64,000 bases of DNA. It comes from a virus (taxonomy: Duplodnaviria > Caudoviricetes). The stretch is taken from IMG/VR virus record IMGVR_UViG_3300037400_004242, one strand, 5' to 3'. A program made the position numbers and the translations under genes. Below the pieces are notes generated by a model. It was not told the origin of the DNA. It searched no databases and saw only the letters and a list, made by a program, of their open reading frames with translations. How positions within the stretch are numbered: position 1 is the stretch's first letter; the number at the start of each line of letters is the position of its first letter. Of this stretch, positions 9,109 through 18,819 are shown piece after piece.

Positions 9109-10431
9109 GTGAATATCGTATTAGCAAAACTTCGTCGCCTAATTCGTAAAGCACTAGAAACAGGGCAAAAAGTTAGTGTCCCTGGTGAGCCTGTACAAAA
9201 AGATGCTGTAAATTCAGTTAATAATATGGGTAATTTAGGTTTTACGCAAATTGAAGGTAGTAGAGAAGCAAAGTATGTTGCTAAACTTCCATTTGAACAA
9301 GGAAGAATGGATATTAAGGATTTACCAAGCTATGATGAAATTGAATCTTTTTCATCAGAAAATATTAAGAGTGTAAAATCTTTAACAAAACATATTTGTG
9401 ACCAAATTTTTCCATTTACGAACAAGAGCGGGCGTAATGAAGGTGTTGAATGGGTAGCAAAAGAATCTAGACCAAAACTGTATAAAGTAGATAAAAATAC
9501 AGGTGATAAAGATGGCGTTGCTATTTATGTAAAACCAAAGAACTCGCAAGATGCAAGTCGTTCTAATGGCTATGTTATTGTAACAGGTAGCGTTGCATAT
9601 GCTAAATTCCAAGTATATGAACAAAATGATGATGGAACATTTTCACCAACAAATGACGTATTAGTATATGTAAACAATTCTAGTTTCCAAAAAAGCCAAG
9701 TTAATTTAAGTATTGATAACGTGAATAATCATTCAGATATGAATGAAGAAGGAGACGTTTCAAGAGAATATTGTGAAGGTATATTTACAACACAAAACAT
9801 TGGCGTTTCTAGTAGTGCAAATTATTTTGCAGGAGCTTCAGGAAAGATTGAAAGAGCCTTTGCAGAGTATAAGTTCTTAAAAGGAAAAGCAAAAGATTTT
9901 GTTAAATTTTTGAATGATGACCAAGTAGATATTTCATTGACAAAAACAAGATTTAAGATTAAACAAAATCTTGAACTTGAATTGTCAAATTTCTTGGTTG
10001 AACAAGGAATGACATTACAAGAAGTTAATGCACAAAAAGATGCAGTACATGACGTAATTACATCATGCACTAATGCTTTGGCGGCAGAATGTGTTGCAGA
10101 AGCACATGGTATGACTGGTGAAGAAGTTACACATCAAGCCGCACAGAAAGTTGATAAACTTAGTCAATATGCAGATGCTATTGATGAAAAGATTGATAAC
10201 GGTAAAAACTTCGATGACATTATCAGTCAGTATGTTATTCCATTCTCTCGTGTTAATCGACAGAATGGTAAAAACAAGACGCAGACAAGAGGTACGTCTA
10301 AACCATCTTTCAATCAGTTGATTGCTTACTTCTCAGGTGTTATGAATCCAGAAGATATAAAAATTAGTGGAGTTAACTTTACAGTTGATGAGCTTGAATC
10401 TGCTTTACAGAAAGCTGCTTCAGAGAAATAA
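9109..10431 (+). CDS. Hypothetical protein, possible internal virion protein
   Basis: 440-aa ORF; N-terminal KLRRLIRKA tag; motif-type promoter upstream. Confidence 0.7.
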   Translation: MNIVLAKLRRLIRKALETGQKVSVPGEPVQKDAVNSVNNMGNLGFTQIEGSREAKYVAKLPFEQGRMDIKDLPSYDEIESFSSENIKSVKSLTKHICDQIFPFTNKSGRNEGVEWVAKESRPKLYKVDKNTGDKDGVAIYVKPKNSQDASRSNGYVIVTGSVAYAKFQVYEQNDDGTFSPTNDVLVYVNNSSFQKSQVNLSIDNVNNHSDMNEEGDVSREYCEGIFTTQNIGVSSSANYFAGASGKIERAFAEYKFLKGKAKDFVKFLNDDQVDISLTKTRFKIKQNLELELSNFLVEQGMTLQEVNAQKDAVHDVITSCTNALAAECVAEAHGMTGEEVTHQAAQKVDKLSQYADAIDEKIDNGKNFDDIISQYVIPFSRVNRQNGKNKTQTRGTSKPSFNQLIAYFSGVMNPEDIKISGVNFTVDELESALQKAASEK

Positions 10432-10432
10432 T

Positions 10433-10460
10433 AAAAGGAGAGGATTAATCCTCTCCTTTT
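10433..10460. terminator. Bidirectional terminator between convergent genes
   Basis: Perfect palindrome aaaaggagaggatt/aatcctctcctttt. Confidence 0.75.
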
Positions 10461-11179
10461 TTATCTAAAATTTTATCATAAATTTTTTGTGTATTTTCAG
10501 CTTTAAAATAAATAAGATGCCATAATAGCGTTTTTTTGTCTCTTACAGACATAATCTCATCAGTATCATAATTAAAATTATATTTTTTATCTTCTTGTAA
10601 TCTATCTACGATTTCATCTATTGCTTCACCATAATCTTGTTGCAAATATTGCATTTGTTGTGTAGCATATATGAATTTTTTATCTAATTTTTCTTTTCGA
10701 TTAATTAAACGATTTACAGTAATTTTTTGTTTTGGATTAATTTTTATTTCAAAAATAGGTTCTTTTAATTCTTTTTTCAAAAAAGCAACCATATTGTTGT
10801 ATTCATTATCATCAGATTTGGTAGTTGAAGAAAAATCTAAAATATCTTCTGTATCACTATTAAAATCTTCATCAAATGTATCTTTGTCTTCTTGCGTTGC
10901 ATCATATTTTGCTTGCGCAATTTTCATTTCTTTTGTATTATAAAAGAGTAAATCGTTTTTATCTATCATAAAAATATGTTTTTTGTATGAATAGTCTTCC
11001 CAAAATTCATTCCGAAAATATAAAGATATTTGATTTAATTTTATTTTTAGTTCCTTGCTTAATTCTTTGCTTTTTTGTTGCAATTTATTATGTTGTTTCG
11101 TAATCATGGCGATTTCTTTTGCCATATCATCATAGGAAGAATCTAATTGAATATACTCTTTATCATTTGCATTATCCAT
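10445..11179 (-). CDS. Hypothetical coiled-coil protein (only convincing minus-strand gene)
   Basis: 244-aa ORF with SD and its own sigmaA-like promoter; local strand skew flips. Confidence 0.75.
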   Translation of the reverse strand: MDNANDKEYIQLDSSYDDMAKEIAMITKQHNKLQQKSKELSKELKIKLNQISLYFRNEFWEDYSYKKHIFMIDKNDLLFYNTKEMKIAQAKYDATQEDKDTFDEDFNSDTEDILDFSSTTKSDDNEYNNMVAFLKKELKEPIFEIKINPKQKITVNRLINRKEKLDKKFIYATQQMQYLQQDYGEAIDEIVDRLQEDKKYNFNYDTDEIMSVRDKKTLLWHLIYFKAENTQKIYDKILDKKGED

Positions 11180-11229
11180 AGGCGTACCCTTTCCGTTACA
11201 AATTTCAAAAATATTATATGAAAAGTATT

Positions 11230-11258
11230 ATTATATATTACAAGTAATTATTTTGCAA
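11230..11258 (-). promoter_or_regulatory. sigmaA-type promoter for 10445..11179
   Basis: Minus strand TTGCAA-17 nt-TATAAT. Confidence 0.65.
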
Positions 11259-11329
11259 CTTTTTGTACAAATATATCATAAAGTGTTTAATTTGACATAT
11301 ATTTAATACAGGATGGAGGTGAAATAATA

Positions 11330-12637
11330 TTGAAACTTAGTTCAAATACAAAGAAGAAAACTATTTCATTTTACTCATATCATTTAAATCATGAGAAATA
11401 TGAACAGATTGAAAATTTAGCAAAACAAATTCAAGCATATCAAAATTTCATTTCTGAGATTTACTACAACACTTATTTTCAGAAACAAAAGATTTCTTGT
11501 GGTAAATTCATCACAGAAATGAAAATATATCGTGATAAGGAATTTTCCTCTTCATTTTTTCAACAGATATGTAAACAAGTATATGAAAAATATGAAAAGA
11601 AAAAACCTCCAAAACAGCAAGTGGTTTTCAAGAAATTATCCTTTGTTGGTATCAATCTAATGACAAAACCTTTTATTGAAGAAAGCAACAACAAATATAC
11701 AAACGGAATTATCAATTTTAATATACCTAAACAAGGAGTAATTTGTATTCCATTTAGATATTCAAAAAAGTATCATGGTGATTTGTCAGATATTACTTAT
11801 TCCATGACAGGTGCAAACAAATCTCAATTTCAAAAACTGTATACTTGTACATTGTTAGGTAAAGATAAACTAAAAATTACTATTGTCGAGGATGATAACA
11901 GAACATATACTACATCAATCAATCACATCGAAGGTATAGATGTAAATGTAAAACATAACCTTTTACAATGTTCTGATGGATTTTCTGTAGATTATGATAG
12001 AAAATTTGTTACTAAAATTATTAAACAAAGAAAAAAGTATGATAGAATTGTATCTACCAAAATGAAAAGAAACATTGACCATACAATGACTGAAAAACAA
12101 TATCATTTAAGTAAGAAAAATTCACGAAGAAGTATTTCTATGGTGGAACAATGTTTGGTAAAATTATTTAAGCATTGTAATAAAAATGGTATTGACCATT
12201 TAGTTTTTGAAGATTTAGGTAAGTTTACAGGTAGACTAAAAATTACCAACAAAGAATTTGATGTTAACTATAAACGACTAATGTACGCAGTTAAACTTGT
12301 AGATATTAAAAACATTGCAGAACGAATTGGAAAGAAATATGGAATCACAATATCTTTAACCAATCCTGAATATACAAGTCAAGAATGCAGTTGTTGTCAT
12401 CATATTTCTAAAAAGAATAGGCAAACGCAAGAATTGTTTAAATGTGAAAATTGTGGATTTGAATTAAATGCAGACTTAAATGCATCCATCAATATAAAAA
12501 ACAGGATTCTCTCAAACGTTTTGAGAGAATCCTGTCATCAGGAAATTGAACCAAATAAATTCATTCCAATTTACAAGAACTACGAAGAATTTAAAACAGC
12601 ATACATAGAATTAATTAAACAAAATACCGTATCTTGA
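11330..12637 (+). CDS. tnpB: TnpB RNA-guided nuclease (IS200/IS605/IS607 family)
   Basis: RuvC-I GIDVN, RuvC-II VFEDL, Zn ribbon TSQECSCC..FKCENCG, RuvC-III NADLNASINI; catalytic D/E/D intact. Confidence 0.92.
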   Translation: MKLSSNTKKKTISFYSYHLNHEKYEQIENLAKQIQAYQNFISEIYYNTYFQKQKISCGKFITEMKIYRDKEFSSSFFQQICKQVYEKYEKKKPPKQQVVFKKLSFVGINLMTKPFIEESNNKYTNGIINFNIPKQGVICIPFRYSKKYHGDLSDITYSMTGANKSQFQKLYTCTLLGKDKLKITIVEDDNRTYTTSINHIEGIDVNVKHNLLQCSDGFSVDYDRKFVTKIIKQRKKYDRIVSTKMKRNIDHTMTEKQYHLSKKNSRRSISMVEQCLVKLFKHCNKNGIDHLVFEDLGKFTGRLKITNKEFDVNYKRLMYAVKLVDIKNIAERIGKKYGITISLTNPEYTSQECSCCHHISKKNRQTQELFKCENCGFELNADLNASINIKNRILSNVLRESCHQEIEPNKFIPIYKNYEEFKTAYIELIKQNTVS

Positions 12638-12733
12638 AAAAAAAAGATTAAGGTGAGCATAGTAACAATGCTTTGAATTTGGAATTCTAAACAAAATTAT
12701 ACATATTTATTCTTATTTATATGTAATTTTGAC
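12638..12733 (+). ncRNA. Candidate TnpB omegaRNA/right-end scaffold
   Basis: Noncoding region 3' of tnpB with hairpins agcat/atgct and caaaatta..taattttg. Confidence 0.4.
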
Positions 12734-12775
12734 GTTATTTAAAATAGTAATTTTTGAAGAAAGGGTTGTTTTTCG

Positions 12776-13333
12776 TTGAAATATTTAGAAAACGTAAATC
12801 ATTTATTAGATTTATTGGAAGAAAAAAACCCAAATATATATAAGCATTCGGAACGTGTAGCTATGATGTGTTATGCGTTTGGAAAACGTTTTGATTTAGA
12901 TGGAAAAGAACGTGAGAAATTATATTTGGCAGGGTTTCTTCATGAAATTGGAAAAATTAATTTTGATGATGAAATTACAATTGAAAAAAAGAAAATGAAA
13001 TTAGATGATATTTATCCATTGTTTTCAAAAGCAGTTGTTTCTAGTTTGGGAGATTATGGGAAAATATCAGAAATTGTAAGTCAGCATTTAGAAAATATTG
13101 ATGGCTCAGGTCATCCATGCGGATTAAATGCAGAACAAATACATTTGTATGCTACTATGGTACATATGTGCGACTATTATGACACTTGTCGTATGGAAGG
13201 TAATACACATAGTGCGGCAACGGCAAAACTTCGTAAATTAGTAGATGTTGCTTTTCCAAAGAAAATGATTACTCCATTTATTAAAATGTTAATTAGTGGA
13301 GAAGTTGAACTTTGGGACGGGAAAAATATATGA
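12776..13333 (+). CDS. Stand-alone HD-GYP-like protein with degenerate motifs
   Basis: HSERVA, LHEIGK (HD to HE), QHLENIDGSGHPCGL (canonical HHExxDGSGYP), CDYYD. Confidence 0.8.
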   Translation: MKYLENVNHLLDLLEEKNPNIYKHSERVAMMCYAFGKRFDLDGKEREKLYLAGFLHEIGKINFDDEITIEKKKMKLDDIYPLFSKAVVSSLGDYGKISEIVSQHLENIDGSGHPCGLNAEQIHLYATMVHMCDYYDTCRMEGNTHSAATAKLRKLVDVAFPKKMITPFIKMLISGEVELWDGKNI

Positions 13334-13563
13334 CAAATGAAATTATTAAGCATTTTATAAAATTAGGATATAAATATCATAAAGACCCATTAGGACATTA
13401 TTTTGATAAAGGCGATACTAGGTTATCAGTTATGATGTCTGGACCAGTATGGAATTGCTATTGTAATAAATGGATAAATGGTCAATTTCAATTAAAAGAC
13501 AAACAAATAAATTTATTAAACGATGATTTTGTTTTTCGTTGGTTATTACTTCATGTAAATTAA
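13330..13563 (+). CDS. Hypothetical protein
   Basis: ATG at 13330 overlaps the stop of the HD-GYP gene (ATGA). Confidence 0.6.
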   Translation: MTNEIIKHFIKLGYKYHKDPLGHYFDKGDTRLSVMMSGPVWNCYCNKWINGQFQLKDKQINLLNDDFVFRWLLLHVN

Positions 13564-13627
13564 TTTATATGAGAGGTGCATAGTTTTATTGTACCTCTCA
13601 TATTTTGTATATAGGATGTGATTCTCA

Positions 13628-13921
13628 ATGCTTATTGATTTTAAAATACAAGAGGATGATTATGGTTACTATGTTCTTGCTTATCGAATTGTAGGCGGTG
13701 TAGAAATACAATTTGATACATTAAGAACCTTGGCAACGACGTTAAATTTATCTCATGAAAATATGAAATATTATATTAGTCATGAGTTTAATTCAGATGA
13801 ACAGCCCAAAAATGATAGATTACATTTTGTTAATTATGATGATGCAATCGAATGTAGAGAAGGATTGCGTGCTTTAATACCTAAAGCAATTGAAACGGGA
13901 AATTTATATTTAGCAGAATGA
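13628..13921 (+). CDS. Hypothetical protein
   Basis: ORF after the hairpin at 13570..13600 and a variant motif TATTTT-N5-TAGG at 13601..13615. Confidence 0.65.
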   Translation: MLIDFKIQEDDYGYYVLAYRIVGGVEIQFDTLRTLATTLNLSHENMKYYISHEFNSDEQPKNDRLHFVNYDDAIECREGLRALIPKAIETGNLYLAE

Positions 13922-13934
13922 GAAAGGAGAAAAT

Positions 13935-16643
13935 ATGTTAAATAAAGATATAACATTTTCATTAGATAGTTACGATAAGAAAAAATTCAAGCATGAAGTA
14001 TATGACCACAAGGATGTTTTCTATAGTAGAGAATATATTTATAATTTTAAATTTACAGTAAATATAGATAAAAATGAAATGCCAATTAATCATTTAATTA
14101 TTTATCGTAATGGTGAACCATATAACAATTGTAAGATTATACAAGTTGGGAATAAATCTTATGAGGTTAAAGATGATGTATGGATTCGTTATGGAAACAC
14201 ATGTTATGGTGTAGATGTCGTTCTTGAAGGTGGAAAAACATATCATAATTATTTCTATTTGAAAATTTTACAATCATATCAGCCAAATGATATTCGTTTT
14301 ATAAGTTTTGCAACGTATGGATTACATGAAAATTATTCTATGTTGGATGTAATTGCAAACATTCAGACAAAATATCAAATTGATAGAGTTTTATTATATG
14401 AACATATTTGTCCATTGACAGAGATAGATGAAAAAAGTCGTATATCTAAAATAAGTGAAATGAATGAAAGATATGATTCCAAAGAAATTAAATGGAATTA
14501 TTTGGGAAAAATGGATTTAATAAATCATCAATATCGTTTTCGTTATATGTTGTTTGATACGTCATTAACTGAGAATCGTACAGTATTATATAAGGCTGTA
14601 GTCGTAACAACAAATGAAGTTCGTAGAAGTGCAATTATGTCTACCATTATTAAACCTAATACAATGTCTGTTAATATATTTACATATATGAATACAGAAA
14701 CAAAAGAAAGATACGATATATATGGTGGATGTGTAGGACGTATTGATGCAAAAATTGATGAATACGACAATCCTGAATATAATGGCAAGATTTTTCAACT
14801 TTTAATAGATAAAAGAGACGATGAACAAAATTATTTAAAGTTGCTTGTCGGCGATGATTATAAATTTGAAGCAGATAATTATCATGTTGAATATAAAAGA
14901 AAGAAATTTAATCGTGTACAAACAAATCGTGACCCTAATATTTTTGAAATTTATGGTGATGGATTGGCTACAAAAGTTATTAATGAGGAAAGAGATTTAT
15001 ATCGTAGAGATAATTGTAGATTTTTAGTAACTTTATATTGCGGTGAAGATACTTTTGTTTCATTTAAAATTACTCCATTAAATGATAATAATTTGGCTGT
15101 TAACACGAATAAGACAGAAAATAATATTGTAAAATATTCTTATAATGGTGAATCCAAGATTATGGATAAACAATATTTGGATAAGACTGTAGATGTAAAT
15201 GCAATTCAAGGATATTATACATATAATAGAAAAACAGAAAATCTAATTTTTACAAATATTGATACAAAGGAACAACATATTACAATTATTCCTGATAAGC
15301 CAAAAGAATTATTGTTTCAGGAATTTGATTACATTACATATAACGATAAATATTTTTTCTTTGTCAACTTAGATAATAAAGGAATCCATATTACACGTTA
15401 TGATGGCGTTAATATTGATAAAATTGAATATTTTACAGAGATTATTAAGAGTTCATTAGATTGGATAAAGTCTCAGCAAATATTAAGTTTTGATAAAAAT
15501 AATAATTTAAATTTGAAATTTATATCTTCTAATGGCAGTAATTTTTTAAAGAAAATTGTTGTAGAAAATAATGATTTATCAGTTATTGATTATAGTGATA
15601 TGTTAGTAAATGTATTTAATGATATTCGTAAGCAGATGTTAAATTATGTTGATAATTTAAATTCTGTGACCGTTGGAAAAGTCGAATATATTATTAAAGC
15701 ATCAAATGTTTATGATACATTAGAGCATAAATTTGAGGATATGGGATATACGGATTTTAATTTGAAATTTACGACGCAATATTTTACATATCAAATCAAA
15801 TTCCCAATAGATGTTAAATTTTTAAACAAGACAACAAATGTTTATGTTCGTTTTCAAACGTCTATGACTGTTACTTGTAGAGAAGATGTTATTTTTTATG
15901 AGACGAATTATAGCTTAGGAAATCCAAGATTCGATATTGATATTGATAGTATTAATTTAACATATCATTATACAGATAATGGGAAAAATTTAATTCCTCA
16001 AGTTGGGTATGAAAAATTAAATCAAAAATATTTCTTGAAATTTAGTCAACCTGTAAACACATATACAAAAGAAGATTATGCAATTTTTAAACGTTGCGAT
16101 ATATATAATGGTGGAGCTAGTCTTTATAAGATAAATCCCGAAGATGTATATGGAAATGGGACAAAAGAAAAAACATTTAGGTATTCAGATTTATGTAGAC
16201 TACGTATTTTTATGCTAAATTATAAAGAGTACATGATTATGCGTTTTATGGGTGATAAATGCATGATGACAGTTGTTAATGTAGAATTGAAAGAGCAAAT
16301 ATCACAAGAAACTATTACAACAGATATGTATTTCGATAGTTTGTTCTATTTTACGAAAGAACAGCTTGTATCATTAGATGATTTGTTAAGTAGTGCATAT
16401 TTATATGATTCTGTAAAACGAAAAATGTATATTTGTGCATTGAGTGATTGTTATGTATTAGCTGTTGGTGGAACATATGATACATCATTTCATAATATGG
16501 AGAAATCGACTAGTTTAAGTGGTATTCCGTTAGATAATATGAAAACATATTTGTCTGAATATGAATTTAGTTATCCATTAAACATTAAAAATCGTAATCA
16601 TTATTTAAATGATATAGTCTTTAGTGAAGGGGTATATTCATGA
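13935..16643 (+). CDS. Large beta-rich hypothetical protein (possible structural/accessory tail protein)
   Basis: 902-aa ORF, SD gaaagga; no motif recognised. Confidence 0.6.
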   Translation: MLNKDITFSLDSYDKKKFKHEVYDHKDVFYSREYIYNFKFTVNIDKNEMPINHLIIYRNGEPYNNCKIIQVGNKSYEVKDDVWIRYGNTCYGVDVVLEGGKTYHNYFYLKILQSYQPNDIRFISFATYGLHENYSMLDVIANIQTKYQIDRVLLYEHICPLTEIDEKSRISKISEMNERYDSKEIKWNYLGKMDLINHQYRFRYMLFDTSLTENRTVLYKAVVVTTNEVRRSAIMSTIIKPNTMSVNIFTYMNTETKERYDIYGGCVGRIDAKIDEYDNPEYNGKIFQLLIDKRDDEQNYLKLLVGDDYKFEADNYHVEYKRKKFNRVQTNRDPNIFEIYGDGLATKVINEERDLYRRDNCRFLVTLYCGEDTFVSFKITPLNDNNLAVNTNKTENNIVKYSYNGESKIMDKQYLDKTVDVNAIQGYYTYNRKTENLIFTNIDTKEQHITIIPDKPKELLFQEFDYITYNDKYFFFVNLDNKGIHITRYDGVNIDKIEYFTEIIKSSLDWIKSQQILSFDKNNNLNLKFISSNGSNFLKKIVVENNDLSVIDYSDMLVNVFNDIRKQMLNYVDNLNSVTVGKVEYIIKASNVYDTLEHKFEDMGYTDFNLKFTTQYFTYQIKFPIDVKFLNKTTNVYVRFQTSMTVTCREDVIFYETNYSLGNPRFDIDIDSINLTYHYTDNGKNLIPQVGYEKLNQKYFLKFSQPVNTYTKEDYAIFKRCDIYNGGASLYKINPEDVYGNGTKEKTFRYSDLCRLRIFMLNYKEYMIMRFMGDKCMMTVVNVELKEQISQETITTDMYFDSLFYFTKEQLVSLDDLLSSAYLYDSVKRKMYICALSDCYVLAVGGTYDTSFHNMEKSTSLSGIPLDNMKTYLSEYEFSYPLNIKNRNHYLNDIVFSEGVYS

Positions 16644-17692
16644 GCCATGTTTTACAAATTCAAATGACAAATCAATGTAATTTAAAATGTGAATATTGTT
16701 ATATTCATCAAAATAATGATAAAATGTCGTTTGAAATGTTAAAACAACAAATTAAATATGTAAAACAATTATCAAACAGAATAGACGATGATTTTGATGG
16801 AAAATATGATGTTACATATTTTGGTGGGGAGCCGTTAATTGAATATCAAAATATATTAAAATTTGATGAATATTTAAAACAATCATTAAATGTGCAACAT
16901 TCTTTCATTCAAACAAATGGTATTTTGTTAGATAAAGAAAAAATTAAACAATTAAGAAAAAAGAATATTTATATTGGAATTAGTTGTGATGGTTGTAATG
17001 ATAAGAATCATATATATATTGAAAAAATTTTTCAAAATAAATGGTTGCCTGTAGAAGCAAAAATGATGATAAATAAGTATAACGTTTTTGACTTAATGAA
17101 AAATGTTATATATTTTTATCGTCAAGCGATGAAAGTTAATTGTGGAAATTTATATATAGATGTTTCTTTTGTAAAGGACAATACATGGGATAAACATTCT
17201 ATTATAGAATTAAGACAACAATTAAAAAATTTGTATGATTTTATGATGATGAATTATAGAGATTATCATCGTTGGATTGATATTGGATTTGTTAATAGAA
17301 TTTGCGCAAATATTTTGAACAAAAAACGAAATTATATTTGTTTTGCAGGAGTGAATGGATATAATTTAACTCCGGATGGAATTATTTATCCATGTGCTAG
17401 ATTTTATACAAATCATAAATATCCATTGTTTGATTCAAATAGTTATAAATTTTATGATAAAAATATAGATATAATAAAGCATTGGAATCGGACAAAAAAT
17501 GATAAATGTATGAATTGTGTATTGAATCAATTTTGTAATCAAGGATGCTTATATTCTCAAATTAATAACAATGGAATTATTGATATGTATTGTGATGTAT
17601 TAAAGTCATGCTATCATATGGTAACAACTTTGTATAAAACGATGAAAAATGAATATAATGTGAATATATTAAAGAAAGTTGGTAAGATTTAA
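16640..17692 (+). CDS. Radical SAM/SPASM-domain protein
   Basis: CNLKCEYC, FGGEP, QTNG; CFAG..GIIYPC..CMNC..FCNQGC..YC. Confidence 0.9.
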   Translation: MSHVLQIQMTNQCNLKCEYCYIHQNNDKMSFEMLKQQIKYVKQLSNRIDDDFDGKYDVTYFGGEPLIEYQNILKFDEYLKQSLNVQHSFIQTNGILLDKEKIKQLRKKNIYIGISCDGCNDKNHIYIEKIFQNKWLPVEAKMMINKYNVFDLMKNVIYFYRQAMKVNCGNLYIDVSFVKDNTWDKHSIIELRQQLKNLYDFMMMNYRDYHRWIDIGFVNRICANILNKKRNYICFAGVNGYNLTPDGIIYPCARFYTNHKYPLFDSNSYKFYDKNIDIIKHWNRTKNDKCMNCVLNQFCNQGCLYSQINNNGIIDMYCDVLKSCYHMVTTLYKTMKNEYNVNILKKVGKI

Positions 17693-18757
17693 ATGGAAAA
17701 ACCACCTATTAGTGTTTCAATAAATATGGGAAGTGCTTGTAACTTTCGCTGTAAATATTGTTTTGAGGTAAAGAATGGTGCAGTTAATGATTCTAAAAGA
17801 CTTCAACAAAAAGTGAAAGAACGAGTTATTGATGTTATTAAATTATTGACTGAAACAAATAAAGTTCGTATTGAATTTTGGGGTGGTGAGCCGACAGTAT
17901 ATTTTGATGACATTTATGAAATTATTGAAGCAACGAAAGCATATGAAGAAGTAACCTATTTTATGTATACAAATGGTTCTTTGGTTGAAAAATATAGTAA
18001 AGAATTGCTTCAAATAAAAAATGATGTTGGGCATCGTTTTCAAGTACAAGTTTCTTATGACTATCATGATTTAAAAAATAATCAACGCATTCAATTGAAT
18101 AAGACAGTTGAAGAAACTGAAAAAATGGTATTAGATGCGATTCATTTTTTTGATGATAATGATTTTTTCTTCGGAACAAAAACAACTTGTACAATGCATG
18201 ATTTAGAAGAGAATTTATTTCATCAATATATGAATTTTGAAAATTTAAATAAAACATTAAAACATAAAGTAAATTTTAATCCAACACCTGATACATTAGG
18301 TGTTGGAAATGTTAATTATAATAAAATAGAAAAACAATTTATTCAATTGTTAAAATATTTTGTTAAAAATAAAAAGTTTGGGAAAACAGGATTCATGTGG
18401 TTTGATATGCCATCTAATGCAGATTGTACAGGTGGAATACATTCGTTTCAAATAGATGTTGACGGCAGAGTTACATATTGCCATGGATGTTTATATAGTA
18501 AGAAAGATTTGTTTTACACTTCTGTATTTGATGATAATTTTCTTCATAAAGTAGATTATAATTATCTTGCAGTATATAGAAAATACAAGAAAAATAGTCA
18601 ATGTTCAGATTGCAATTCACAATTCTGTTTCAGATGTAACGCAATTAATAGTGATGGAAACATAGAAGATTGGGATAAATCAAATATTCCTGATGTTTGT
18701 AAATTATATAATAAAATTTCAGATTATATCCGCGCCTATTACAAAATAACTCATTAA
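17693..18757 (+). CDS. Radical SAM/SPASM-domain protein
   Basis: CNFRCKYC, WGGEP, YTNG; CTGG..YCHGC..CSDC..FCFRC..VC. Confidence 0.9.
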   Translation: MEKPPISVSINMGSACNFRCKYCFEVKNGAVNDSKRLQQKVKERVIDVIKLLTETNKVRIEFWGGEPTVYFDDIYEIIEATKAYEEVTYFMYTNGSLVEKYSKELLQIKNDVGHRFQVQVSYDYHDLKNNQRIQLNKTVEETEKMVLDAIHFFDDNDFFFGTKTTCTMHDLEENLFHQYMNFENLNKTLKHKVNFNPTPDTLGVGNVNYNKIEKQFIQLLKYFVKNKKFGKTGFMWFDMPSNADCTGGIHSFQIDVDGRVTYCHGCLYSKKDLFYTSVFDDNFLHKVDYNYLAVYRKYKKNSQCSDCNSQFCFRCNAINSDGNIEDWDKSNIPDVCKLYNKISDYIRAYYKITH

Positions 18758-18819
18758 TTTTACGATGTATTTTATTTTTCTAATAGAATAGGTATTGAAA
18801 AATTTGGAGTTGATAATAT

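Larger units (their letters stand above)
11265..12733 (+). mobile_element. Non-autonomous tnpB-only IS element (boundaries approximate)
   Basis: No tnpA; imperfect AT-rich hairpins at about 11268-11304 and 12692-12731. Confidence 0.5.
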
